A DNA stretch of 64,000 nucleotides from an uncultured Acetobacteraceae bacterium (GTDB lineage: Bacteria; Pseudomonadota; Alphaproteobacteria; Acetobacterales; Acetobacteraceae). Positions within the stretch are counted from its first letter, which is position 1, and each line of letters opens with the position of its first letter. Location of the stretch: the NCBI GenBank assembly GCA_964657565.1, contig CAZZVQ010000009.1, positions 15,380 through 79,379 on the forward strand, written 5' to 3'. Below the pieces are notes generated by a model. The model made no database searches. It worked only from the letters and a program-made list of their open reading frames with translations, and had not been told where the DNA came from. The position numbers were made by a program, and so were the translations under genes. Shown one piece after another: positions 17,401-25,987 of this stretch.

Positions 17401-18459
17401 CTACATCAGGAACACGGCCTTGCCGCTCGCCTGCCCGTCGAACTTGACGTAGGCCTCCTCGGCTTGGTCGAGCGACCAGCGGTCGCTGAACAACGCGTCG
17501 ACGGCGATCTGGTGCCGGGCCACGAACTGGGCGCAATCGGCTTGCCCGACGGTCGAGAACGTCCAGGAGCCGACGATGGTGAGCTGCTTGCGCAACACCT
17601 CCGGGCTGACGTCGACGGTCAGCGTTCCGCCCTCGCCGACCAGCCCGGTGATGCCCCAGGGCGCCGCACACCGGACCGCGACCGAACGGCCCGCCGCGGT
17701 GCCGGAGGTGTCCATGGTGCGCGATGCGCCGACCCCGCCGGTCAGTTCGCGTACGCGCTCGACCGGGTCCTCGCTGCTGGCATCGATCGTCTCATGCGCG
17801 CCTAACTCGCCGGCGCGGCGCGCCCGCTCCGGGCTGATGTCCACCGCGATGACGCGGGCGCCCATGGCGGCGGCGAGCTGCGTCCCGGAGAGGCCGACCG
17901 GTCCCTGCCCGATGATCACCACCGTGTCGCGCGCGGTGACCTGCATGCGGACCAAGGCACCGAACGCCGTGCCGGTGCCGCAGGAGATGGCGGCGCCGGT
18001 CGAGAAGCTGAGCGCCTCGGGGAGCCGAACGAGCGTGCTCGCTGGCACCTTCATATAGGTGGCGTGCCCGCCATTGCCGTTGACGCCGTAGACCGTCGCC
18101 CCCTCGACGCACATCTGCGTCCAGCCGGTGCGGCAGTGCGGGCACACCGTGCAGCCGGCATAATGATGCACCATGACCCGGTCGCCGCGCGACCACTGCC
18201 CTTGCGGCACGTCCCGCCCCGTCTCGGCAATGACCCCACACGGCTCGTGCCCGGCGATCACCGGCCCGTCCGGCTCCTTCAGCCCCAGCGACATGAACTT
18301 GAAATCCTTGGGCCGGCGGTAGAATTTGAGATCGCTGCCGCACATGCCGGAGGCCTTCATCTCGAGCACGACCTCCGTCGGACCCGGCGCCGGGTCCGGC
18401 ACGCTGGTGATCTCGAGCGTCTTCTCTCCGCTGAACACGACACCCTGCATTGCTGACAT
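17401..18459 (-). CDS. Zinc-dependent alcohol/polyol dehydrogenase (MDR family)
   Basis: It contains GHEPCG (catalytic Zn site), the structural Zn cluster CTVCPHCRTGWTQMC, and the Rossmann motif GQGPVGL. The ATG at 18459 is preceded by aggggg. Confidence 0.85.
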   Translation of the reverse strand: MSAMQGVVFSGEKTLEITSVPDPAPGPTEVVLEMKASGMCGSDLKFYRRPKDFKFMSLGLKEPDGPVIAGHEPCGVIAETGRDVPQGQWSRGDRVMVHHYAGCTVCPHCRTGWTQMCVEGATVYGVNGNGGHATYMKVPASTLVRLPEALSFSTGAAISCGTGTAFGALVRMQVTARDTVVIIGQGPVGLSGTQLAAAMGARVIAVDISPERARRAGELGAHETIDASSEDPVERVRELTGGVGASRTMDTSGTAAGRSVAVRCAAPWGITGLVGEGGTLTVDVSPEVLRKQLTIVGSWTFSTVGQADCAQFVARHQIAVDALFSDRWSLDQAEEAYVKFDGQASGKAVFLM

Positions 18460-18585
18460 CCCCCCTTTGTTTGAGCCGAGCGTCGCAGGCGGCGCGGATG
18501 GCGGCAAGCCCGTCACCGGGCGGCGGCTAGGCTCTCGTCAAGGCGCCACGCTGCCTGTAGCGTCCCGCAAAACACGCGGGGGAAC

Positions 18586-19794
18586 ATGATGCGGCGGATG
18601 CTGTTGGCGTTGACGATACTGGCCGGGTTCGCCGGGCCAGCGGCGGCCGAGATCGAGGGGCACAAGATCACCATCGGCGTCCTGACCGATCTCACCGGCG
18701 GCAACGCCACCGCGGCCGGCGAGGGGTCCGTCGTCGCCGCCCAGCTCGCGGCCGAAGAGGCGCAGGCGATGCTGCCGGGGATCACCATCGAGGTCATCAG
18801 CGCCGACCATCAGAACAAGGCCGACATCGCCTCGACCATCACGCGGGACTGGATGGCCAACCGGGCGGTCAACGTCGTCGCCGACGTGCCGTTCTCCTCA
18901 GCCGGGCTCGCCGTCAACGAGGCCGTGCGCGGCGCCAAGCGGACGATCTTCATCGCCTCGGGACCCGGCACCAGCGACCTGACCGGCTCCGCCTGCTCGC
19001 CCAACACCGTGCATTGGACCTACGACACCTATGCCACCAGCAGCGCGGTGGCCAAGGCGCTGGTCGGGCAAGGCGGCAAGAGCTGGTTCTTCATCAGCGC
19101 CGACTATGCCTTCGGGGCGGCGCTCGAGCGGGATGGCACCGCGGCGATCAAGGCGCTCGGCGGCAGCGTCGTGGGCTCGGTCAAGAACCCGCCCTTCGCG
19201 TCCGATTTCTCGTCGTTCCTGCTGACGGCGCAGTCCAGCGGCGCGCAGGTGGTCGGGTTCGCCAACGCGACGATCGACCTGATCAACCTGATGAAGCAGG
19301 CGCGCGAGTTCGGCATGGGCACGGGGCAGCAGCGGCTGGCCGGGTTCCTGGTGCTGATCACCGACGTGCAGTCCATCGGGCTCGACGTGGCGCAGGGGCT
19401 CTACCTCGCTTCCCCGTTCTACTGGGATTTCGACGACCGCAGCCGCGCCTTTTCGGCCCGCTTTGCCGCCCGGATGCATGGCGCCAAGCCCACGATGCTG
19501 CAGGCCGGCGTCTACTCGGGGCTGGTGCACTACTTCAAAGCCGTCAAGCAGACCGACACCACCGAGGCGCCAACGGTGATGGCCACCATCAAATCCACCC
19601 CGGCCGACGACGACGCGTTCGGCAAGGGGTCAGTCCGCCAGGACGGCCGCGCGCTGCACGATTTCCATCTCTTCCAGGTCAAGAAGCCGTCGGAATCGAA
19701 GGGACCCTGGGACGATTACAAGCTGATCTCCACGATCCCCGGCGACCAAGCCTTCCGCCCGATGGCGGAAGGTGGCTGCAAGCTGGTGCAGTAA
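18586..19794 (+). CDS. ABC-type periplasmic solute-binding protein, type-I (LivJ-like) fold, orphan
   Basis: It has a signal peptide (MMRRMLLALTILAGFAGPAAA). It is a paralog of 33511..34707 and 50428..51657, sharing blocks such as GVLTDLxG, HWxYDTY, FxxADYAFG, ...KLV. No permease or ATPase genes are adjacent. Confidence 0.85.
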   Translation: MMRRMLLALTILAGFAGPAAAEIEGHKITIGVLTDLTGGNATAAGEGSVVAAQLAAEEAQAMLPGITIEVISADHQNKADIASTITRDWMANRAVNVVADVPFSSAGLAVNEAVRGAKRTIFIASGPGTSDLTGSACSPNTVHWTYDTYATSSAVAKALVGQGGKSWFFISADYAFGAALERDGTAAIKALGGSVVGSVKNPPFASDFSSFLLTAQSSGAQVVGFANATIDLINLMKQAREFGMGTGQQRLAGFLVLITDVQSIGLDVAQGLYLASPFYWDFDDRSRAFSARFAARMHGAKPTMLQAGVYSGLVHYFKAVKQTDTTEAPTVMATIKSTPADDDAFGKGSVRQDGRALHDFHLFQVKKPSESKGPWDDYKLISTIPGDQAFRPMAEGGCKLVQ

Positions 19795-19802
19795 ACCGGC
19801 GG

Positions 19803-20684
19803 TCACGACGTCCAGAGGGCCGGAAGGTACTCGTAGGCGTCGCCGTTCTTGGCGAGGTAGGCGGTCGCCGGAAATGGGGCGTGGAAGAAGTGGAGCCGGA
19901 GTCGTTCGGCGACGGCGCGGTCGAGGATACGCCGCCGGGTGCGGATGGTCTGCTCCGGATCGACGTCGAACATGGCCCGCCAGTCCGGATGCCGCGCGAA
20001 CAGCAGCGGATTATTGGTGATATCAGCGACGTAGAGCAGTTTTTCGCCCCCGGAGGTGATCTCGATGGCCGACATCCCCGGCGTGTGCCCGTCCGCCTGC
20101 ACCGAGGTGAAGCCCGGCAGGATCTCGTCCCCCCAACCGAAACGCTGCATCTCGAGCCCGTCCATGATCTGGCGGGCCAGCTCGAAATGCGATCGGGCCG
20201 CCTCCGGCGCGGCGTTCATCTTGGCTTCGTCCAACCAATAGTCGCACTCGCCCTGCGGCACCATCAGCGTGGCGTTGGGAAACATCCGCGATCCGTCCTT
20301 GCGGCGCAGTGCCAGGATGTGATCGGCGTGGAAATGGCTGACGATGACGGTCGAGACGTCGCCTGGCTCGAACCCGGCGGCCTTCAAACTGGCGAGCATG
20401 TGGCCGGCGGTCGGCGGGCCGCTCTCGCCGAAGCCAGTGTCGATCAACACGAGCCCGGCCGGCGTCTCGATCGCCAGCGGGTTGAAGGTCAGCGTCAATT
20501 TGTCCGCCGGCATGCCCGCCTCGGCGAAGGCGGCGGACACCGCCGCGTCGTCGGCGTTCGTCACGAACCCGCTCGGCCGGTCGCGCGTCAGCACCCCGTC
20601 GTGCAACGCGATCGCGTGAAAGTCGCCGAGCTTGTAGCGGTAGAAACCGGGGGCCTGGGCCGTCGTTTGGGCGATTTGATCCAT
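19803..20684 (-). CDS. MBL-fold metallo-hydrolase
   Basis: It carries the HxHxDH motif (SHFHADH) plus downstream His/Asp ligands. 293 aa. Confidence 0.8.
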   Translation of the reverse strand: MDQIAQTTAQAPGFYRYKLGDFHAIALHDGVLTRDRPSGFVTNADDAAVSAAFAEAGMPADKLTLTFNPLAIETPAGLVLIDTGFGESGPPTAGHMLASLKAAGFEPGDVSTVIVSHFHADHILALRRKDGSRMFPNATLMVPQGECDYWLDEAKMNAAPEAARSHFELARQIMDGLEMQRFGWGDEILPGFTSVQADGHTPGMSAIEITSGGEKLLYVADITNNPLLFARHPDWRAMFDVDPEQTIRTRRRILDRAVAERLRLHFFHAPFPATAYLAKNGDAYEYLPALWTS

Positions 20685-20768
20685 TCCATTGCACTCGCAG
20701 CCGTTTGCAGTCTAACGCCCCGTGCTTCGATTGGTGGCATCATCGCCACACCACAGCTGTCCGGCGCT

Positions 20769-20798
20769 ACACACGTGGCCTCTCATGTTGACGTGTGT
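20769..20798. promoter_or_regulatory. Inverted repeat ACACACGT-N14-ACGTGTGT in a divergent promoter region
   Basis: The 8-bp arms are perfect. It sits in the AT-richer 191-bp gap between the MBL hydrolase (-) and the HTH protein gene (+). Confidence 0.3.
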
Positions 20799-20875
20799 CT
20801 TTTTCCCACATAGGTCTCTCCCGTGTCTTGCCATGTCTTTCATCGTCGGGGTTTGCCGTGGCTTGACCGTTCATC

Positions 20876-21733
20876 ATGAGCGCCATCTCGCCGCCGGAGC
20901 GGCCGTTGCCGCCGCCGCCCGAGTTGCTGTCCCGGGCGCTGACCGCGCTGCTGCGACCGCTCATCCGGCTCTGCATCCAGGCCGGGCTCACCTTCCCGGC
21001 GCTCAACGACCTGCTCCGCAGCCTCTATGTGGACGTCGCCCTCAACGACGTCTTGCCGGACCCGCAAGCGCGCACCGATAGCCGGGTCAGCCTGATCACC
21101 GGCGTGCATCGCAAGGAGATCCGGCGCCTGCGCGAGCAGCCGGAAGTTGCCGACCTGGTGTCGACCGGGTCGTTGAGCCTCTCCAGCCGCGTCGTCGCCC
21201 TGTGGTTGGCCCGGCCGGACCTGACCGATGCCGATGGCCGGCCATTGCCGCTGCGGCGGACGGGCCCGGCGCCATCGCTCGAGGCGCTGGTGGCAGACGT
21301 GACGACCGACGTGCGTCCGCGCGCGTTGCTCGACGAGTGGATCGCCGCGGGGGTCGCCATCGTCGACGCGGATGGAATGATCCGGCTCGAGCACGCCGCC
21401 TTCGTGCCGCGGGGCGACCGTGACCAGCAGATGTTCTTCTTTGCCCGCAACATGCGCGACCATCTCTCGGCCGGGTCGCGCAACGTGGCGGCGCCGCCGG
21501 ACGGGCCGCGCTTTCTCGACCGTGCGGCGCATTACGACGGGCTGAGCGCCGGCGCCGCTGCCGCGATCGAGGCGGCGGCCCGGCTCGTGGCCGAGAGCGC
21601 GCTGCTGGAACTGAACCGGACCGCGATGGCGATCGCCGATCGCGACGACCGCGAGGCGGACGAGACCGAGACGCGCTGCCACCGGGTCAACCTCGGCGTG
21701 TTCGTCTACGCCGAGGCGGACGCATCCCCGTGA
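20876..21733 (+). CDS. Hypothetical protein with HTH-like segment (DUF6502-like from memory)
   Basis: 285 aa. The segment SRVSLITGVHRKEIRRLRE is HTH-like. The frame has high GC3. Its stop overlaps the next start (GTGA). Confidence 0.7.
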   Translation: MSAISPPERPLPPPPELLSRALTALLRPLIRLCIQAGLTFPALNDLLRSLYVDVALNDVLPDPQARTDSRVSLITGVHRKEIRRLREQPEVADLVSTGSLSLSSRVVALWLARPDLTDADGRPLPLRRTGPAPSLEALVADVTTDVRPRALLDEWIAAGVAIVDADGMIRLEHAAFVPRGDRDQQMFFFARNMRDHLSAGSRNVAAPPDGPRFLDRAAHYDGLSAGAAAAIEAAARLVAESALLELNRTAMAIADRDDREADETETRCHRVNLGVFVYAEADASP

Positions 21734-23001
21734 CGCAGCGGGCGTGCGTGGGGTGGCTAACCCTGGCGGCCGCCCTGGCCGCATGCGCGCCGACGCCCCG
21801 ACCGGCCCCGACGGTAGCGGCCGGGCCGGTCTGCCAGGTCGGTCCGGACGGCGGTCCGGTGGTTGCCGAGCGCGGCATCGGCGGCACCGGCGCGCCCACC
21901 CGGATTGCCGAGCGCGGCATCGGCGGCACCGGCATCGTCGGCGTCGTCACCGGCTTCGCCAGCATCTGCCTGGCCGGTCACGAGGTCGCGCTGCCGGCCG
22001 ATGTGCCGATCGAGATCGGCGGCGCCGCGTCCAATCAGCAGGCGCTGCGGGCGGGGCAGGTCGCCGCGGTCGAGGCGGCCGGCCCGGCGGATGCGCTCTA
22101 CGCGCGCCGGGTCACGGTGCGTTACGAGGTCGAGGGTCCCATCGAGATGATCGCGCCGGACCGGCTGCAGGTCGCGGGGCAGATTGTTCTGCTCTCGCCG
22201 GAAACCTGGCTCCGCACCGCCCCGGCGCTCGGCCAGTGGGTCGCGGTCAGCGGCTTGCGCGGCCCCACGGGGGCCATCGCGGCCACCCGGTTGGACCTGG
22301 TCTCGACCCGGACCTTCCTCGTTCATGGCGTGGTCCAGCAGGTCGAGGGCGGATACCGCATCGGCACGTTGCCGGTCGTCGCGGGGCCCGATGTGCTCGT
22401 GCCGGGACTGCCGGTGAGCATCACCGGGGTTTACGACGACGGGATCCTGCGCGCCGCCTCGGTCGCGCCCGACCTGCTCGCGTCCGACCCGGTGGCGTAT
22501 TTCGGCGGCTATACCAGCAGCTTCATCCTCGAAGGCTTCGCCGGGCCGGGGGAAAGACCGCCGTATCTCGGAACGCTGCCGCTCTCCCAGGCGCCGGCCA
22601 GCAGCCGACCGATCGGTCCGGGCCGCAGCGTGATCGAATTCCAGCGGACCGATAGCGGCGGCATGCGGATCAATTCGCTGGTCCCGAGCGCGGCCACCAG
22701 CATCCGCCCCGGCTTGGCCCCCAGCGGGGCCGGCCCCGCCGGCGACCGTTTCCAGCAGGCGCCGACATCAAGGGATGGGCTCGGGCGCGGCGCAGGCGCG
22801 GCGCAGAGTTTCGAGCCCGCGCCCATGCCGAACCGTTCGCTCGGCTTCGGAGCGGCACCGGACGGGTCAGACCGGGGCAACCGCTTCGGCGATGGCGGTC
22901 GCGGCGGCCAGGGCCTACGTCCGCAACCAGGAACGGGCGCCGCGGGAGGCACCAATCCTCCTATCCCCGGCTTGGACCCGTCCGCCATCCGGCGCCGCTA
23001 G
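21730..23001 (+). CDS. Lipoprotein of unknown function (DUF5666-like from memory) with Gly/Pro-rich C-terminal tail
   Basis: The lipobox context is WLTLAAALAAC. An internal 14-aa tandem repeat reads AERGIGGTG. The C-terminus is low complexity (GDGGRGGQGLRPQPGTGAAGG). Confidence 0.7.
   Translation: MTQRACVGWLTLAAALAACAPTPRPAPTVAAGPVCQVGPDGGPVVAERGIGGTGAPTRIAERGIGGTGIVGVVTGFASICLAGHEVALPADVPIEIGGAASNQQALRAGQVAAVEAAGPADALYARRVTVRYEVEGPIEMIAPDRLQVAGQIVLLSPETWLRTAPALGQWVAVSGLRGPTGAIAATRLDLVSTRTFLVHGVVQQVEGGYRIGTLPVVAGPDVLVPGLPVSITGVYDDGILRAASVAPDLLASDPVAYFGGYTSSFILEGFAGPGERPPYLGTLPLSQAPASSRPIGPGRSVIEFQRTDSGGMRINSLVPSAATSIRPGLAPSGAGPAGDRFQQAPTSRDGLGRGAGAAQSFEPAPMPNRSLGFGAAPDGSDRGNRFGDGGRGGQGLRPQPGTGAAGGTNPPIPGLDPSAIRRR
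21863..21933 (+). repeat. Perfect 29-nt direct repeat with 42-nt period inside a CDS
   Basis: TTGCCGAGCGCGGCATCGGCGGCACCGGC occurs at 21863-21891 and again at 21905-21933. Confidence 0.85.
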
Positions 23002-23058
23002 ACGTAATACCGGCGGGGCAGGGTATAAGGCAGCCGGATTCGGCTGAGGAGAGACGGG

Positions 23059-23706
23059 ATGCGGGCAGTGTGGCTGATGGCCGTCTTGGGACTGGGCGGA
23101 TGCGTGGCGCCGCAAGCCACGCTCGGCACTGCCGGCCTGCAACAGGCCGCGCGCAACTTCCCGCCGCTGATCGTCGGCGCCAACACGGACGCCACGAGCG
23201 GACCGGTGACGCCGCGCTCTTGCCCGGCGCCGGGGAGCCGGGTCGAGCAGAAAGGCGGCCCGACGATGGAATATCTCGGCGCGGTGCCCGGCAAGCCGGA
23301 TCTCTGCAGCATGCGGGTCGGCGGGGAAGCGGTGCAGGGCTGGTATGGCATCTGGCTGACCGACTGGCCCGGCGCGGCCGATGCCTATCCCGCCCTGACC
23401 AGAGCGATGCGCGGGGGCACCGGCGCCGTCGAGGGCTTGGACGTCGACATGGGACCCGGCTACGCGTTCCACGACCTCATCCGCAACGAAGGCGTCGAGC
23501 ACATCAGCCTGTTGGGCAAGACCTACGATGCCGTCAAGCTGGCCCACTATCGCGAGGGCGCCAACGGCAACGTCTACCGCTCGGTATCGACCATCTGGAA
23601 GGACCTGCCGACCGGGTTGCTGATCTACGGCACCTACCAGCACATCTCCGGCACGCCCGTCACCGACGACCCACTAATCCCGACCGCCATCATTCCGGCC
23701 CGCTAA
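23059..23706 (+). CDS. Lipoprotein of unknown function (paralog of 15178..15789)
   Basis: The N-terminus is MRAVWLMAVLGLGGC (lipobox-like). The conserved block is shared with 15178..15789. Confidence 0.75.
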   Translation: MRAVWLMAVLGLGGCVAPQATLGTAGLQQAARNFPPLIVGANTDATSGPVTPRSCPAPGSRVEQKGGPTMEYLGAVPGKPDLCSMRVGGEAVQGWYGIWLTDWPGAADAYPALTRAMRGGTGAVEGLDVDMGPGYAFHDLIRNEGVEHISLLGKTYDAVKLAHYREGANGNVYRSVSTIWKDLPTGLLIYGTYQHISGTPVTDDPLIPTAIIPAR

Positions 23707-25907
23707 TGTTGCATCAACTCCAGCTCGTCGAGCGCGCGGTGCGCGGACCGGCGTAGCGCTTCCTCGATGACGACGAGGAAGTCGGTGCCGCCGGCCTCGG
23801 TGGTCCAGGGGTCCATCGTGGTCGAGATCAGGAAGTCCACCCCCTCGCGCGGCGGGGCGACGACGCCCATGCGGCGGCAGAAGCGGTCGACGAAACCCTG
23901 GCCGTAGATCGCCGGGTCGAAGCGCGAGCTGGTGAGGATCAGCTCGAGCTCGTTCAGGTCCACCCGCGGCTCGATCACGCTGCAGCGGGTGAACACCCGC
24001 TCGTTCAACGCGTTGGCCCGGGCCAGGTCGGGGTTCGGCGAGCCGTCCGGCAGCTTGGGGTTCAGCGCGAAGGCGAGGATGACCTGGTCCGAGCCGATCT
24101 GCCGGAACAGCTCGCGGGCGCCCTTGTCGCCGTGCAACAGCTCCTCCAGCCCGGCATTGTCCAGCTCGGCGAACCGCCGCAGCATCGCGCGCTCGGCGTT
24201 GAGCACCCGGCCAGTGGCGCGGCGGCGCTCGGCCGGGGTGCGGTTGAACAGCGTGATCCCGAAGCGCGGGTCGTCGAGCGTGGCCAGGCGGCAGAACAGG
24301 CGCTTGGACGTCCACATGCATTGGCCGAGGATCCGCCCGTAGCCGCTGCGGTCCGGCCGGATGACCCGGTGCGCCAACCATACGGCAGCAGCCGCCGAGC
24401 CCGGCTTGGAGCCCTCGACGCCATAGACGCCGACCGTCGGCTCCGTCTGGCTATGGAACACTACCGGCGCCCGCAGCGAGATCGCGTCGCGGAAGGCCGA
24501 GTTGCGGTAGCACAGCGCGCCGGCCGGATACGGGATGTAGCCGCCCTTGTGCGGATCGACGGTGATGCTGTCGGCCCGCCCGAGTGCCTCGTATTGCGCC
24601 CGAACGTAGTCGCTCATGGCGATGGTCGGGATGCCGTCGGGAAGGCACGGGCCGTCGCCCTCGCGCAACATGGCGCGGAAATAGCCGCCCCACGCGGCAT
24701 CGGCATGGATCGCGAAGTTCATCCCGCGCGCGTTGAACCGGGCGCGCAGATCGAGCAAGCCGGTCAGCGGATCGACCGCGCTCTCCTCCGTGCTGCCGAT
24801 CACCGCGACCACGCCCAGCACCGGCGTGCGCCGCCGCAGCAGCTTGTCGAGCGTCACCTCGACATATTCGAGGTCGAGCCGCGCATCCATGTCGACGCGC
24901 TGGACCAGGCAGGCATTCTGGCCCAGCCCGAGCAGCGTGGCCGCTTTCGGCCAGGAATAATGCCCGGTCGCCGCGACCAGGAAGACCGGCGGCTCCGGCA
25001 GGTCGGGCATGAAGCTGCGGTAGAAGCCGATCAGGCCGACATTCTGCAGCGTGTAGCCGCCCAGCGCGGCCGTCGCGTCCTCGCTCGCGATCCCGAATGC
25101 GGCCAACGCCGCCGGCAACCCGGCCAGCGTGTCCAGATCGAGATTGAGCAGCGTCCAGCTATCGAGGTCGATCAGCCGCGCCGTCTGGCCGCCCCAGAGC
25201 GGCACCTCCAACCCCCGCGCCGGCGCGAGCAGCGGCACCTCGCGGATCGCGGCCCGCAGCGCCACGCCGGCATATTTGAGATTGCGCGCCGCCCAGAGCG
25301 CTTCGATATTGGCGACCGTGCCGCCGCTGGTGATGTGGCCCCACCCGACCGTCTGACCCGGCGTGCTGGTCGGATCATCCACCGTGGTATAGCCCAGCAT
25401 CCGGCACAGGTCGTTGCCGACCTCCACCTCGAGCCGGGTGGTGACGGGCGAGGCTTCGGCGGCGACGTTGTTCTGGTTGTACAGCCCGGCCGCGAATTGC
25501 CCGATCGTCGCCGGCAGCGCCACGTCCCACAGCATGTGGCCCTGGTAGCGCATGCTGGCGAACGGCGCCGAAAGGCGCAGTTTGTCCAACAATTTATGGG
25601 TTTCACGCCGCAGCCGCTCGATGCCCGCCGCGTATTCGGGCGAGGCGCGCACCTGCGGCGTGACGTGGCTCGGGTCCTCGGGATGGAACGCGCGGCGGGA
25701 CTCGGCGTGGCTGCTGATCGCGGCGACGATCAGCTCGACGAGGATGCCGGCATTCTCGGCGCGCGGACCGAGGAACCAGGTCTCCGGCGCGCCAGCATCG
25801 CCCGTCCCGGCAAGCGACAGCGGCGCGTGGAGCTCCTGGTCCCAGGCCGCCCGGGCCCGGGTGCGCCGCGGCGAGGGTTTCGGCATCGCCACATCGGACG
25901 GACTCAT
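23703..25907 (-). CDS. Large PLP-dependent (group II-like) amino-acid decarboxylase family protein
   Basis: 734 aa from the ATG at 25907. The motif SITVDPHKGGYIPYPAG is the PLP-lysine motif (D-P-H-K). HITSGGTVANIEALWAAR is typical of group II decarboxylases. A C-terminal extension of about 200 aa follows. Confidence 0.75.
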   Translation of the reverse strand: MSPSDVAMPKPSPRRTRARAAWDQELHAPLSLAGTGDAGAPETWFLGPRAENAGILVELIVAAISSHAESRRAFHPEDPSHVTPQVRASPEYAAGIERLRRETHKLLDKLRLSAPFASMRYQGHMLWDVALPATIGQFAAGLYNQNNVAAEASPVTTRLEVEVGNDLCRMLGYTTVDDPTSTPGQTVGWGHITSGGTVANIEALWAARNLKYAGVALRAAIREVPLLAPARGLEVPLWGGQTARLIDLDSWTLLNLDLDTLAGLPAALAAFGIASEDATAALGGYTLQNVGLIGFYRSFMPDLPEPPVFLVAATGHYSWPKAATLLGLGQNACLVQRVDMDARLDLEYVEVTLDKLLRRRTPVLGVVAVIGSTEESAVDPLTGLLDLRARFNARGMNFAIHADAAWGGYFRAMLREGDGPCLPDGIPTIAMSDYVRAQYEALGRADSITVDPHKGGYIPYPAGALCYRNSAFRDAISLRAPVVFHSQTEPTVGVYGVEGSKPGSAAAAVWLAHRVIRPDRSGYGRILGQCMWTSKRLFCRLATLDDPRFGITLFNRTPAERRRATGRVLNAERAMLRRFAELDNAGLEELLHGDKGARELFRQIGSDQVILAFALNPKLPDGSPNPDLARANALNERVFTRCSVIEPRVDLNELELILTSSRFDPAIYGQGFVDRFCRRMGVVAPPREGVDFLISTTMDPWTTEAGGTDFLVVIEEALRRSAHRALDELELMQH

Positions 25908-25987
25908 CGACGCTTGATCTTGAACATCATCGAACGAACAATGGGGTCTAGGGTATGGCGAACCAACCCCAGACGCGCATGGGTCGG

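Noticed and set aside
19014-20813. 599-aa ORF on the + strand spanning two genes
   Set aside because: It runs out of frame through the SBP gene and antisense through the MBL hydrolase. No motifs are present and it has the usual high-GC shadow composition.
21863-21933. CRISPR-like or other repeat array
   Set aside because: There are only two copies, they lie in-frame inside a CDS, and no cas genes are present. I saw no other regularly spaced repeats in the window.
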